Positions 1 through 8,914 of a stretch of DNA of 64,000 bases are shown here, piece by piece. Position 1 is the first letter of the stretch, and each line of letters opens with the position of its first letter. Origin of the DNA: Acidimicrobiales bacterium (lineage in GTDB: Bacteria > Actinomycetota > Acidimicrobiia > Acidimicrobiales > JAKAVM01); NCBI GenBank assembly GCA_027452005.1, contig DAIDHF010000012.1, positions 735 to 64,734 on the forward strand, given 5' to 3'. The position numbers were made by a program, and so were the translations under genes. The notes beneath the pieces were generated by a model that was not told the origin of the DNA, did not search any database, and was given only the letters and a program-made list of their open reading frames with translations.

Positions 1-3000
1 GTGGTTCCGTTAGTTGTGCCCCCGGAAGTCGGAGACGATGGCGGAGCTATCTGGAAGGTAGGTGCCACTTGGGAGGGGGTGGATGGTGAAGTCGCCATCG
101 TAGTTGACGCCACGGTTGCCTGGGTCGTGCTTGATGCCAGCGTTGACGAGCTGGAAACGGTAGTTGGCGGCAAGCTAGCAAACGTCACCGTGAAAGTTGC
201 TGAATGAACTAGGCCAGCCGAATCGGCAAACGATGCCGAAACCGAGTCTGTTCCGGGATTCCCCGAATTTACAAGCGTCCAGCTAGCAGTTCCAGTGGCA
301 TCAGTGTTCACGGTTCCACTCTTGCCAGAGTCCGGTCCCGACGTGTCATTGAAATTAACAGGCACCCCAACCAATGTCACGGTGCCTGACGTTATATTGG
401 ATACAAGATCACGACCCGGGTCGACCAACATCTTTCCAGAAAGAGACGAAGTACGACTTGAGCTTATCGGCGGCACAACCTCCATCCACCTACTCAGATA
501 CTGTCCGCCCCTAATCTTGACCAGCCCTGACAGCGGGGCAAAACTGTCTACCTCGTTGGGCCGTATCTGTGCTGCTGCAGGACTAGTCAGCATCAGAGAT
601 AAGTTAACCGAACCTCCAGGTGGGGCAGGATTCGAGGGAGTACCAGTGCTCCCATTCGGCACTGACGAAGAAGTGGAAATATTGACCGGTGCAGCCCACT
701 TCAATGTTGCCAACGACGATACTGGAGCCGTCGCGACGGGCCCAGTTATGCCTGGCGGACTAAAGGTAATCGCAATTGAATCAGTCCCTGCTTTGGCCGC
801 CGACACGCTAAATGTCGCATCTCCTTTTGAATCCGTCGTGGCTGTAGTAGATTGCCCTGCGTCGGGACCACTCATTACAGCAAACGCGATCGTTTGATTT
901 GATGACGGGTTACCTGACGGGTCAATTAAATTCGCTGTTATCGAGAGAGTATCAACCGTGGCAATTCCACCCTGTGAGGTCGGAGAGACTGAAAGCGTGT
1001 AGACACCGGCGAAATTCATGGTTGCACTGGCCAGAGCAATAGTCCCGGAAGTGTTGGCCGTTATTGTGTCCTGGCCTGGAACGCCAGAATTTACAACAGT
1101 AAATGTGGCCAATCCATTAGCGTCTGTGGTTACGGTTGCGCTTTGACCTGCGTCAGGTCCCGTCGAAACGTCAAATGAAACCAGTACCCCTGCGTCAGGG
1201 GTGGTAATGGTGGCTCCACTTATCGTAGTGGCAGTAGACACGGTGGCCGTAATGGTTCCTGATGACCCCGGGGCAAAATTAGCTCCGTTAGGAGAGAGAG
1301 TTACGGTAGTCACTACACTTGGCGGAGGTGGAGGTGGCATTATTTGGTTCCCGGAAATTACATCACCGCTTGAATCAACTGCGTCACAATTGTAGGAATT
1401 TGCGCAGGAAATTGCAGTAAAGACCAATGCCCCATTGATGTTGGTTACTGACCACTTCGCCGCCCCACCCGTTGGACTAGTTGAATCGATCAGGTTTCCG
1501 GCGTTATCAACAGCGGCGCAATAGTTCGTTGATGGACACGAAACTGAAATGATATAGTTGGTGCCATCAACATGTGCCGTGGTCCAAGAGCCTGATGTCG
1601 TAGGTGTCTGGGATGAAAGTACATCCCCGGCATTGTCAGTAGTCACACACATGGTCGTCGAAGGACATGATACCGAGTTCAAAACAATCGCCGACGCCGA
1701 ATAGCTGACCCAACTTGACGACCCTCCCGCAGGATTAGTCGAATCCAGAACGCTCCCAGATGAGTTCACGGCAACGCAAAGCGAGGTACTTGGGCACGAT
1801 ATTCCCGTGATTGACATCGCAGGGGTTACCGAACCCGACACCCAAGAAGCAGTTGTCAGGACTGACGGGGTAGAAGAGGTGAGGACATCCCCGTAGTTAT
1901 CGACGGCTACGCACAACATGACTGACGGACAGGCCACCGAGGTAATTGCAAAAGTCCCATCTACGTTGCCCAGTGACCAGGTAGGAATCGCTGCAGTTGG
2001 GTTCGAACTATACAACATGTCCCCAACTCCATCACCGGCCACGCAGAAACTAATGGTAGCCGTGCATCCTATTGCTGTTATAGCTGTAACGCCATCGACA
2101 TTTGCTGCGGTTGTATTAGACGGGACAATTACGGTCGGTGATGAACTGTAGAGGATATTTCCGTGATTGTCGCCGATCTCACATACGCCAGCCGTAGGAC
2201 ACGTGATTGCCGTTTCCCCATTAGCACCGTCAACTTGGAATGCGCTCCAAGGGATCGGTGAGCCTGCAGGGGTGGTAGAGGTAGTTACAAATCCTCGACT
2301 CCCACCGGCAATACACAATGAAGGCGGCATCCCAGTACAAGATATTGAAAATATCGGAAAACCACCGGGTACCGGTACCGGCAAGTCCCAGCCACCCCCG
2401 TCCCAGTTGAAGATTGCGTTGTTAGATGAGGCCACGCAAAACGGCGTCCCCGTGCAGGAAACCGATGAAAAGGGCCCGGGCGAGATCGGGTTACCAATGG
2501 CCCCAGCCCAAGTGGAACCGTTATAGGTAAAGGCGTTACCCGCGTTGTCTACGGCTACGCAGAACGTTGCTGAAGTACAAGAGATTCCAGTAAGTGAATT
2601 TGTTCCGTCGAAATTCACCGCAACCGTCCATGTCGACCCGTTATAGACCAGATAGTTTCCCGCGTTGTCTACGGCCACACAAAAGCTCACAGACCCACAC
2701 GAAACCTGGCCAACCATGTTTGTTGAGTCAGGTACATTCACGGTCCAGGTGCCCGTGAACACAGCCACAGCCCCAGGGCCGCCCCCCGCTGCCACACAAA
2801 ATGAAGTTGACACACAAGATAGTGAAGTAAATGGACCCGAGCCACCTATTGTTGTTGCCCCACCCCACGTCGACCCGTTATATACCGTGTAGAAACCCCG
2901 AACATCAACCGCCATACAGAATGAGGTTGATACGCAACTAAGCGCTTCTATGGGATACTTTCCGTCAACATCTCCAAAGGGGGCCGTATTCGTCCACGTA

Positions 3001-5060
3001 GTCGTAGTCGAGTTATAGGAGACAATATCCCCGATTGAGTCACCGACCACGCAAAGACTAGTGCTTTGACAGTATGTTGACGTGATTGGGTTGTCTACAA
3101 AATCCTTCAGCGACCACCCCGAGCTAAACAAGTAGATACCACCCGCACCCCCACCTGGTACGGCCGCATCGGCTCCCCCTACACAAAACACAGACGAAAT
3201 ACATGATACCGAGCCCAACGAAGCCGAAGGGCTCCCAGATGGTGCCGCCGATGTCCACGTCGAACCATTAAATGAATTATAGGTACCGGCGGAGTCGTTC
3301 ACGGCGACACAGAAGGTCGGCGACACGCAAGATACCGCTGACGAGCTGGTAACTCCAGGTAGCGACGCCGAGGAAGACCAGGATCCGCCAGAGTACTGAA
3401 AGTAGTTCCCACTTCTGTCAACTGCAACACAGTAAGTGCTTGTTGGACAGGACACGCCAGACAAAGCAATCGGTCCGGTTGCATCCACATTAACCTGTGC
3501 CGACCACGTACCAGTATAGGCGTAAGCGTATCCGGATGAAGACACCGCCATACAAAAAATAGCAGACGGACAGGAGATCGAAGTCACTGTTAGGGAAGAC
3601 GAGAGTGCCGTAACCGTCCAGGTGCTGCCGTTGTAAAACACCGAATTTCCCCCTGCGTCGCCAGCCATGCAAAATGAAGTAGACACACACGATACGCTCA
3701 AAATTGGTTGCGTAGAGTCCACAGGATTACTCCACGCCAGAGCAGGAACTGTGCCCGACGTCTCCCAAATTGTCCCGTTGAACTCAAAGGCATTCCCCTG
3801 AGATCCGACTGCAATACAGAAAGATGACGAAACACACGATACCGCATTCAGTGAGACCTGGGCGAACGGAGATGGGGTAGACCAAGACGAACCGTTATAG
3901 GTGATACCTTGGCCGGCCGAAGTAACGGCCGCGCAAAATGAAGTTGAAACGCAAGATATCGAGTTGATCGTAACGGGAGGAACCTGCGGCACAGGTGGAG
4001 AGTATGTTGGGGGTAGTGGCCCCGGATTTGTCAGGATCTGTCCAGCGTTATCACCTGCAATACATCCTCCAAAGCTTCCAGGAACACAAGCCACCGCAAA
4101 GATACCATGGCCTGGATCAATAGTTGCCGGTGCCATCCATGAAGCTGGCGAAGTCGTGGGATGACGTGACCCGAATGATTTTCCCAAGGAGTCCACTGCA
4201 ACACACCCAATGCCACAGTAGATTGCCTCCACCGTGTTGGTGCTATCAAGACCAGCTAACACTGTCCAGGTTGACCCGTTGTAAATCGCAATTCCCCCTC
4301 CACTGTCGCCAGCAGCGCAAAACGTAGTCGATATACACGAAACCGAGGTCAAAGTATTCGACTCACCTGTGGCAGCCGTAGCACTCCACGTCCCCCCGTT
4401 ATCTACGTATGCCGCAGTACTACCAACTGCAACACAAAATGTCGTAGAGATCACACAGGAGACAGAGTTTAACCCAAAAGTCGCGCCAGTCGTTACGGGT
4501 GCTGTCCAACTTGAACCGTTGTAGAAAAGGTAATTTCCTAGCGAGTCGACTGCCACGCACGACAAAGTTGACGCGCATGACACTGAAAAAATTCCGATCG
4601 CTCCGTCAATGTCGGACCTGACCCATGCCGAAGAACCACCAGTTGGATTTGTTGACACAATGGCATTCCCAGCTGTATCTACCGCCACGCAAAAGCTCAA
4701 ACTCGGACATGAAATGGACTTTATTAGGAGATCTGAATCAACGCGCATAAGAGACCAGGTAGGTGTACCTGAGGACGGATTTGTCGATAAGTCGATTTCA
4801 CCATCTGTATTGACCGCTACGCACAAGTTCGGCCCAGGACAAGCTATTGAATTAATCGTATAAGCTGCCGAGAAATATGGTGAAGTACCTGCCGCCTTAG
4901 CGTCTAGTACGACCGGGCTTGACCAAGTAAAGCCAGAGCTGGCACCGGCGCTCCTTGTCTGCAGATTAAAGGCACCCAGACACGATGACAGCCCGACCAA
5001 AACTAACCCGACGAACGTAATGGTCCGCTTCTTGTTGGAGTGCCCAGTACGCGACTTCAT
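1..5060 (-). CDS. Very large secreted or lipoprotein-like repeat protein, N-terminus complete, C-terminus beyond the window (>1,686 aa). About 25-30 Cys-pair, Asp-box-like propeller repeats are followed by bacterial Ig-like (Big/invasin-type) domains.
   Basis: Not in the ORF track. Hand translation of the minus strand from the ATG at 5060 ('cat' at 5058-5060) gives MKSRTGHSNKKRTITFVGLVLVGLSSCLGAF, i.e. a basic N-region, a hydrophobic core and a lipobox-like LSSC. Repeats follow, such as ISCPSLSFCVAVDTAGNAIVSTNP, VSCASTLSCVAVDSLGNYLFYNGSSW, ISCTSATFCVAVDNAGNAFTYNGSTW and VSCGSVSFCVAVDNAGNYLVYNGSTW. Around 1320-1340 there is a PPPPPP linker. Positions 1-1320 encode Ig-like units (GQSATVTTDANGLATFTVVNSGVPGQDTITA; GQSTTATTDSKGDATFSVSAAKAGTDSIAITF). 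The frame is consistent between 5060 and 1338, and I saw no in-frame stop in the stretches I translated (1-1440, 4130-4262, 4380-5060). Confidence 0.8.
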   Translation of the reverse strand, partial: MKSRTGHSNKKRTITFVGLVLVGLSSCLGAFNLQTRSAGASSGFTWSSPVVLDAKAAGTSPYFSAAYTINSIACPGPNLCVAVNTDGEIDLSTNPSSGTPTWSLMRVDSDLLIKSISCPSLSFCVAVDTAGNAIVSTNPTGGSSAWVRSDIDGAIGIFSVSCASTLSCVAVDSLGNYLFYNGSSWTAPVTTGATFGLNSVSCVISTTFCVAVGSTAAYVDNGGTWSATAATGESNTLTSVSCISTTFCAAGDSGGGIAIYNGSTWTVLAGLDSTNTVEAIYCGIGCVAVDSLGKSFGSRHPTTSPASWMAPATIDPGHGIFAVACVPGSFGGCIAGDNAGQILTNPGPLPPTYSPPVPQVPPVTINSISCVSTSFCAAVTSAGQGITYNGSSWSTPSPFAQVSLNAVSCVSSSFCIAVGSQGNAFEFNGTIWETSGTVPALAWSNPVDSTQPILSVSCVSTSFCMAGDAGGNSVFYNGSTWTVTALSSSLTVTSISCPSAIFCMAVSSSGYAYAYTGTWSAQVNVDATGPIALSGVSCPTSTYCVAVDRSGNYFQYSGGSWSSSASLPGVTSSSAVSCVSPTFCVAVNDSAGTYNSFNGSTWTSAAPSGSPSASLGSVSCISSVFCVGGADAAVPGGGAGGIYLFSSGWSLKDFVDNPITSTYCQSTSLCVVGDSIGDIVSYNSTTTTWTNTAPFGDVDGKYPIEALSCVSTSFCMAVDVRGFYTVYNGSTWGGATTIGGSGPFTSLSCVSTSFCVAAGGGPGAVAVFTGTWTVNVPDSTNMVGQVSCGSVSFCVAVDNAGNYLVYNGSTWTVAVNFDGTNSLTGISCTSATFCVAVDNAGNAFTYNGSTWAGAIGNPISPGPFSSVSCTGTPFCVASSNNAIFNWDGGGWDLPVPVPGGFPIFSISCTGMPPSLCIAGGSRGFVTTSTTPAGSPIPWSAFQVDGANGETAITCPTAGVCEIGDNHGNILYSSSPTVIVPSNTTAANVDGVTAITAIGCTATISFCVAGDGVGDMLYSSNPTAAIPTWSLGNVDGTFAITSVACPSVMLCVAVDNYGDVLTSSTPSVLTTASWVSGSVTPAMSITGISCPSTSLCVAVNSSGSVLDSTNPAGGSSSWVSYSASAIVLNSVSCPSTTMCVTTDNAGDVLSSQTPTTSGSWTTAHVDGTNYIISVSCPSTNYCAAVDNAGNLIDSTSPTGGAAKWSVTNINGALVFTAISCANSYNCDAVDSSGDVISGNQIMPPPPPPSVVTTVTLSPNGANFAPGSSGTITATVSTATTISGATITTPDAGVLVSFDVSTGPDAGQSATVTTDANGLATFTVVNSGVPGQDTITANTSGTIALASATMNFAGVYTLSVSPTSQGGIATVDTLSITANLIDPSGNPSSNQTIAFAVMSGPDAGQSTTATTDSKGDATFSVSAAKAGTDSIAITFSPPGITGPVATAPVSSLATLKWAAPVNISTSSSVPNGSTGTPSNPAPPGGSVNLSLMLTSPAAAQIRPNEVDSFAPLSGLVKIRGGQYLSRWMEVVPPISSSRTSSLSGKMLVDPGRDLVSNITSGTVTLVGVPVNFNDTSGPDSGKSGTVNTDATGTASWTLVNSGNPGTDSVSASFADSAGLVHSATFTVTFASLPPTTVSSSSTLASSTTQATVASTTMATSPSTPSQVAPTFQIAPPSSPTSGGTTNGT

Positions 5061-5315
5061 GCCAGCTGTACATGATAGTACGATGCATCTGGAATATCTT
5101 GGGGTATTCCCTAATTTATACATACTACCTGGTCGGAGCTGTCTTTGAATTTACTTAGACCTTAGTATTTGGCACTTTTTCCTTATATTTGTCTGCATTT
5201 GGATATTTTGTCCAACTAGGTGCTCGCATCAAAATTGCTAACGTCCTATCCCCAACCGCATTAATAACTAGTGATTCTCCATTGTTTTCCAGATTTGTCG
5301 CTTAAGAATATCTAT

Positions 5316-5498
5316 TCAAACTGACGAGATTCGCTGAAGGAACCAAATAACGAGTATCGCAATTGCAAACGTCATCAGGATATCCTCTTGTACACGGTAG
5401 GAAAACCACTTGGTCAAAATGGCGATGGCAAAAAGTATAGGGAAACCGTCTCTGACCAGACGTAAACGCCTCCCGGAAGCCTTGGTCGACTTTACCAT
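5316..5498 (-). CDS. Possible small two-TM membrane protein (60 aa)
   Basis: The ORF has a basic N-terminus (KSTKASGRRLRLVR) and two similar hydrophobic segments (FAIAILTKWF, FAIAILVIWF). It lies in an AT-rich intergenic zone. No recognisable family. Confidence 0.25.
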   Translation of the reverse strand: MVKSTKASGRRLRLVRDGFPILFAIAILTKWFSYRVQEDILMTFAIAILVIWFLQRISSV

Positions 5499-5675
5499 GT
5501 CGCCCCGACTGACTGGCTTAGTGTCGTCGCTTTATTCCAGTACGAACAAACGTTCATCATTAAAACCTCACAGACTTCCGAAGTTGTTATCAGGCTAAAG
5601 TTACTTGAAGGGTGCGACACTGTCGATCGTCATCACCTTCAACAAGCCGAATCTTCGACGATTAAACTGGGGGTT

Positions 5676-7163
5676 CTAACGTGCCCTGTCCGACGAGGTG
5701 CCTTTCCGGGAAAATCCAGCCGAAGATGCCACCTGGCCTGCCTTAGAGTGTCGGGACCGACCACTTGGTAGTTCAGACCTGCCAGCTAGAGGGTTCCCCG
5801 ATTGTAGGCTTCCAACCTTAGTCCTTCTCTTCCTGGCATCTGCCCTATCTCGCCCTTCATGCGTAGATACTCCGTCACCCGATAACCTAGAAGAAGACGA
5901 GTATTTGTTTTCCGACCCCCTAAAGGTCTTTCCGGACCGAGATCTGGAATTAAAACCTTTCGGCCTTGGACCTGATTGCAACTGAACCTTATGTGAACTC
6001 GGCGATTCGGCTTGCTTGTGGGCCTTCTCTGGCATGTTGTCAGGTCCGTCCACGGTCGGGCTATCGAGTCCTTCTTTTAGTCCTAGAGACTTTTGAATTA
6101 CTCGCTGAGCCGACCGATGTTCATGAGTAACTAACGATATAACGGTACCTGAGCTTCCAGCTCTCCCGGTTCTGCCAGATCGGTGTACGTAGTCGGTAAC
6201 GTCCATGGCCGGATCAAAGTGGATCACGCAGTCGAGACCTTGGACGTGGATCCCCCGGGCCACCACGTCAGTTGCTACCAGTGCCTCATACTTACCCGAA
6301 GAAAAAGCCGCGAGGGCTCTCTCACGTTGACTTTGAGACCGGTCCCCGTGAATTGCAACCGCCTCTACACCGTTGATCTGGAGCTGGTGAGCAACTCGAT
6401 CAGCTCCGCGCTTGGTTCGACAAAATATAACCGTCTTCCCGTTTCGAGAAACAACCTGGGTAGTTAGGTGTATTTTCTGGGCGCTCTCGGTTTTCCAGAA
6501 CAGGTGCTCAACATCGGCTATTGCCTCAGTGTCGGGAACAATGTTTAGTCTTGTCGGGTTGTTCTGATAGCTCTTGACAATCTGCTCTACCTCTTTACCC
6601 ATGGTCGCCGAAAATAACAGGAGCTGGCGCTTGGATGAGGTCTGCTCAACAATCCTTCTCACGGCAGGAAGAAAACCCATATCTGCCATTCTGTCGGCTT
6701 CATCAATTACGACCTTGTCAATCACGCTCAGGTCGACCTCACGGCGGTCAACTAGGTCTTCTAGGCGTCCAGGGCAGGCAACTATTACATGTACTCCCCG
6801 TCTAAGTTGCTTTAGCTGTCTGTCATATCCAGACCCGCCATATATCGCGACTGCGCTCTGGCGCCACACGGCGCCCACGTCGCCAAGTACTTTGCAAACT
6901 TGAGCGGCCAGCTCACGCGTCGGGACCAATATAAGGGCCTTGGGCCTTACGGGTCGGGCCTTTCCTGAAAACTGCATCAGGGGCAGGCCAAATGCCAGGG
7001 TCTTACCAGACCCAGTCGGGGCACTCACGCACACGTCCTTTCCCTCTAACGCAAAGGGAATAGTGGCCTCTTGGACTGGAAGCGGCCTGGATATACCAAG
7101 CTCGGACAGGCGGGATACTAGTGGCGCGCTAACGCCAAGGTCGGAAAAGTCGGAAATGTCTAT
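5676..7163 (-). CDS. DEAD-box ATP-dependent RNA helicase with a basic R/S/G-rich C-terminal tail
   Basis: Motif I APTGSGKT, DEAD (VIDEADRM), SAT, HRSGRTGRAG. The Q-motif region FSDLGVSAPLVSRLSELGISRPLPVQEATIP is encoded upstream of the ORF-track GTG (7034). An in-frame TAG at 7167-7169 limits the N-terminus. Only ATA (7163) or ATT (7157) are available as starts. Confidence 0.9.
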   Translation of the reverse strand: MDISDFSDLGVSAPLVSRLSELGISRPLPVQEATIPFALEGKDVCVSAPTGSGKTLAFGLPLMQFSGKARPVRPKALILVPTRELAAQVCKVLGDVGAVWRQSAVAIYGGSGYDRQLKQLRRGVHVIVACPGRLEDLVDRREVDLSVIDKVVIDEADRMADMGFLPAVRRIVEQTSSKRQLLLFSATMGKEVEQIVKSYQNNPTRLNIVPDTEAIADVEHLFWKTESAQKIHLTTQVVSRNGKTVIFCRTKRGADRVAHQLQINGVEAVAIHGDRSQSQRERALAAFSSGKYEALVATDVVARGIHVQGLDCVIHFDPAMDVTDYVHRSGRTGRAGSSGTVISLVTHEHRSAQRVIQKSLGLKEGLDSPTVDGPDNMPEKAHKQAESPSSHKVQLQSGPRPKGFNSRSRSGKTFRGSENKYSSSSRLSGDGVSTHEGRDRADARKRRTKVGSLQSGNPLAGRSELPSGRSRHSKAGQVASSAGFSRKGTSSDRAR

Positions 7164-7412
7164 ACTCTATTCAAATTGATTTAAAGCCAACTCGAAGTAA
7201 GTATTCGGACGGCTTCCAGGGCACTTTGCCCTGATTAGCATCACCATTAGTGATTACTCTGTGATAGACAACCTAGCACACCACGCCCACAATGCCAACT
7301 CGGTTATATCATATGTCGACTTACTTGCCGATACCACGAGGTCAAAATATCAGTCGTCACCTGCTAGATGTCTCCAACAAGTCTTTGCGGTAAGAATGCG
7401 ACTTGGGCTGAA

Positions 7413-7805
7413 TTAGCCCTTCCAGGATGCAGACACCCAGGTGTGTTGGCGACACGCCGGACATCTCATAAAACGAGTAAACCCCCTGCCTGGGTGCCAT
7501 ATAAACATGGGCAGGTGCAAAGCCAGGTAATTTACGAGATCAACCTTAGAGACCTTGTGACAGCTGGCACACTCTAGCTCGATTGGAAGCCTCTTTGGAA
7601 CTACGCCATCTCCTGGTAAGTTGGAATTACGTGTCAGCTCGCGAGCTTTCTCGACTCTAACCTTTTGATCGGTGAAAATTGATCGTCGTCCCAGGTCGCT
7701 GTCTGGACCCGGTTCAATTTCACGAGACCCCTTTTGAGTATCCGAGGGATCTGGTGTTTGGCTGAAAAGAGCCCGTCGGCCAAGGGGATCGGGTTTCCTG
7801 GGCAC
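7413..7805 (-). CDS. Hypothetical protein with a C-terminal CxxC...CxxC zinc-ribbon-like motif, immediately downstream of the ParA-like gene
   Basis: 130-aa ORF with a disordered, charged N-terminal half and ECASCHKV...MRCPACRQHTW at the C-terminus. It starts 6 nt after the ParA-like stop. Confidence 0.5.
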   Translation of the reverse strand: MPRKPDPLGRRALFSQTPDPSDTQKGSREIEPGPDSDLGRRSIFTDQKVRVEKARELTRNSNLPGDGVVPKRLPIELECASCHKVSKVDLVNYLALHLPMFIWHPGRGFTRFMRCPACRQHTWVSASWKG

Positions 7806-7811
7806 GGGCGA

Positions 7812-8597
7812 CTAGCCCCCAAACTCAACAGCCGAGCCGTCAACATCGATGGTCTTGGCCAACTGTCGATATGCCTGGGCACCTTGAGAGGATCTGGCGT
7901 GATTCAATATGCTCTTGCCAAGTTGAGGGGCTTCAGCAAAACGAATCGACTTTCGCACGGGCGGGTCTAAAACCTTGAGCCCATATCGGTCTTGGACACT
8001 TTCTAGAATCGACCTGGCATGGCGGGTTCGATCGTCATACATGGTCGCAATTACCCCTCGGACTTCAAGGTTTGGATTAGAGAAAGCTCGCACGTCGCCG
8101 ATCGTTTCGAGCAGTTGGCCAACTCCGCGGTGACTTAGCGCCTCGCATTGGAGCGGGATCAATACCTCAGAGGCCGCTGTGAGCCCGTTGATTGTCAGCA
8201 CCCCCAGCGACGGGGGACAGTCGATTAGCACGTAGTTATATTCGGCTAGTATTTCTGCCAGAGCGCTAGACAGGGCGTGTTCACGGCCGGTTCTCGTAAG
8301 GAGTTGAACCTCAGATCCTGCGAGATCTATGGTCGCGGGAAGTAACTCTAACCGGTCGACACCCGGAACCTTTATACGAACCTCCCCAGCCGAGACTCTC
8401 CTAACAAACATATCGTGAATCGAGATCTCTAGTTCATCTGGATCTACCCCTAAGGAGTAGGTGAGACAGGCCTGAGGGTCTAGGTCTACGAGCAAGACAT
8501 TTCTGCCTAGTTCACTCAGGGCACACCCAAGTGAGTGAACCGTTGTCGTCTTAGCTACCCCGCCCTTTTGATTGGCTACTGCAATCACCCGTGTCAC
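7812..8597 (-). CDS. ParA/Soj/MinD-family P-loop ATPase
   Basis: Deviant Walker A in VIAVANQKGGVAKTTT. LLVDLDPQ and VLIDCPPSLG motifs are also present. Confidence 0.9.
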   Translation of the reverse strand: MTRVIAVANQKGGVAKTTTVHSLGCALSELGRNVLLVDLDPQACLTYSLGVDPDELEISIHDMFVRRVSAGEVRIKVPGVDRLELLPATIDLAGSEVQLLTRTGREHALSSALAEILAEYNYVLIDCPPSLGVLTINGLTAASEVLIPLQCEALSHRGVGQLLETIGDVRAFSNPNLEVRGVIATMYDDRTRHARSILESVQDRYGLKVLDPPVRKSIRFAEAPQLGKSILNHARSSQGAQAYRQLAKTIDVDGSAVEFGG

Positions 8598-8914
8598 GAG
8601 CTAAGTTTACTCCTAATTGGTAACATCCGGGGTTGGATATTGGGATAATTCACTCGACCGACCCAAAGTGTCCCCTCCAACCTTGCGCTAAATCTACCGA
8701 GTATGCTCAATGAGTAGTCGGGTCATGATTGCGAGTGATATTTCCACGGCCATCAGAACGCCCCGAGGGACTGGCGGCTTGAGCCATCACAGGACGTCAC
8801 ATCAAACAAGTTTTCGTCCAGCCAAACCGAGAACTGAAGGCGTGGGGCATATTTTCCGACTCCTATGTCGTACCCTTGAATTAGGATATCTTTCATGTAC
8901 GAAAAAGGACGCAT

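Noticed and set aside
295-4863. Numerous plus-strand ORFs (295-897, 1201-1395, 1918-2526, 2665-2892, 3901-4327, 4609-4863) and short minus ORFs in other frames.
   Set aside because: They are shadow ORFs of the giant minus-strand repeat gene. Their translations are low-complexity with no motifs, while the minus frame starting at 5060 gives a coherent signal peptide and repeat protein.
8660-8914. A possible ydaO-type (c-di-AMP) riboswitch upstream of the secreted propeller-HNH gene. It was prompted by CGCTAAATC and by the tendency of this riboswitch to precede actinobacterial cell-wall genes.
   Set aside because: The other conserved blocks I remember (GGGGACCCA, CGGGGTGAATC, the 3' pseudoknot segment) are not present. 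A covariance-model scan would be needed to revisit this.
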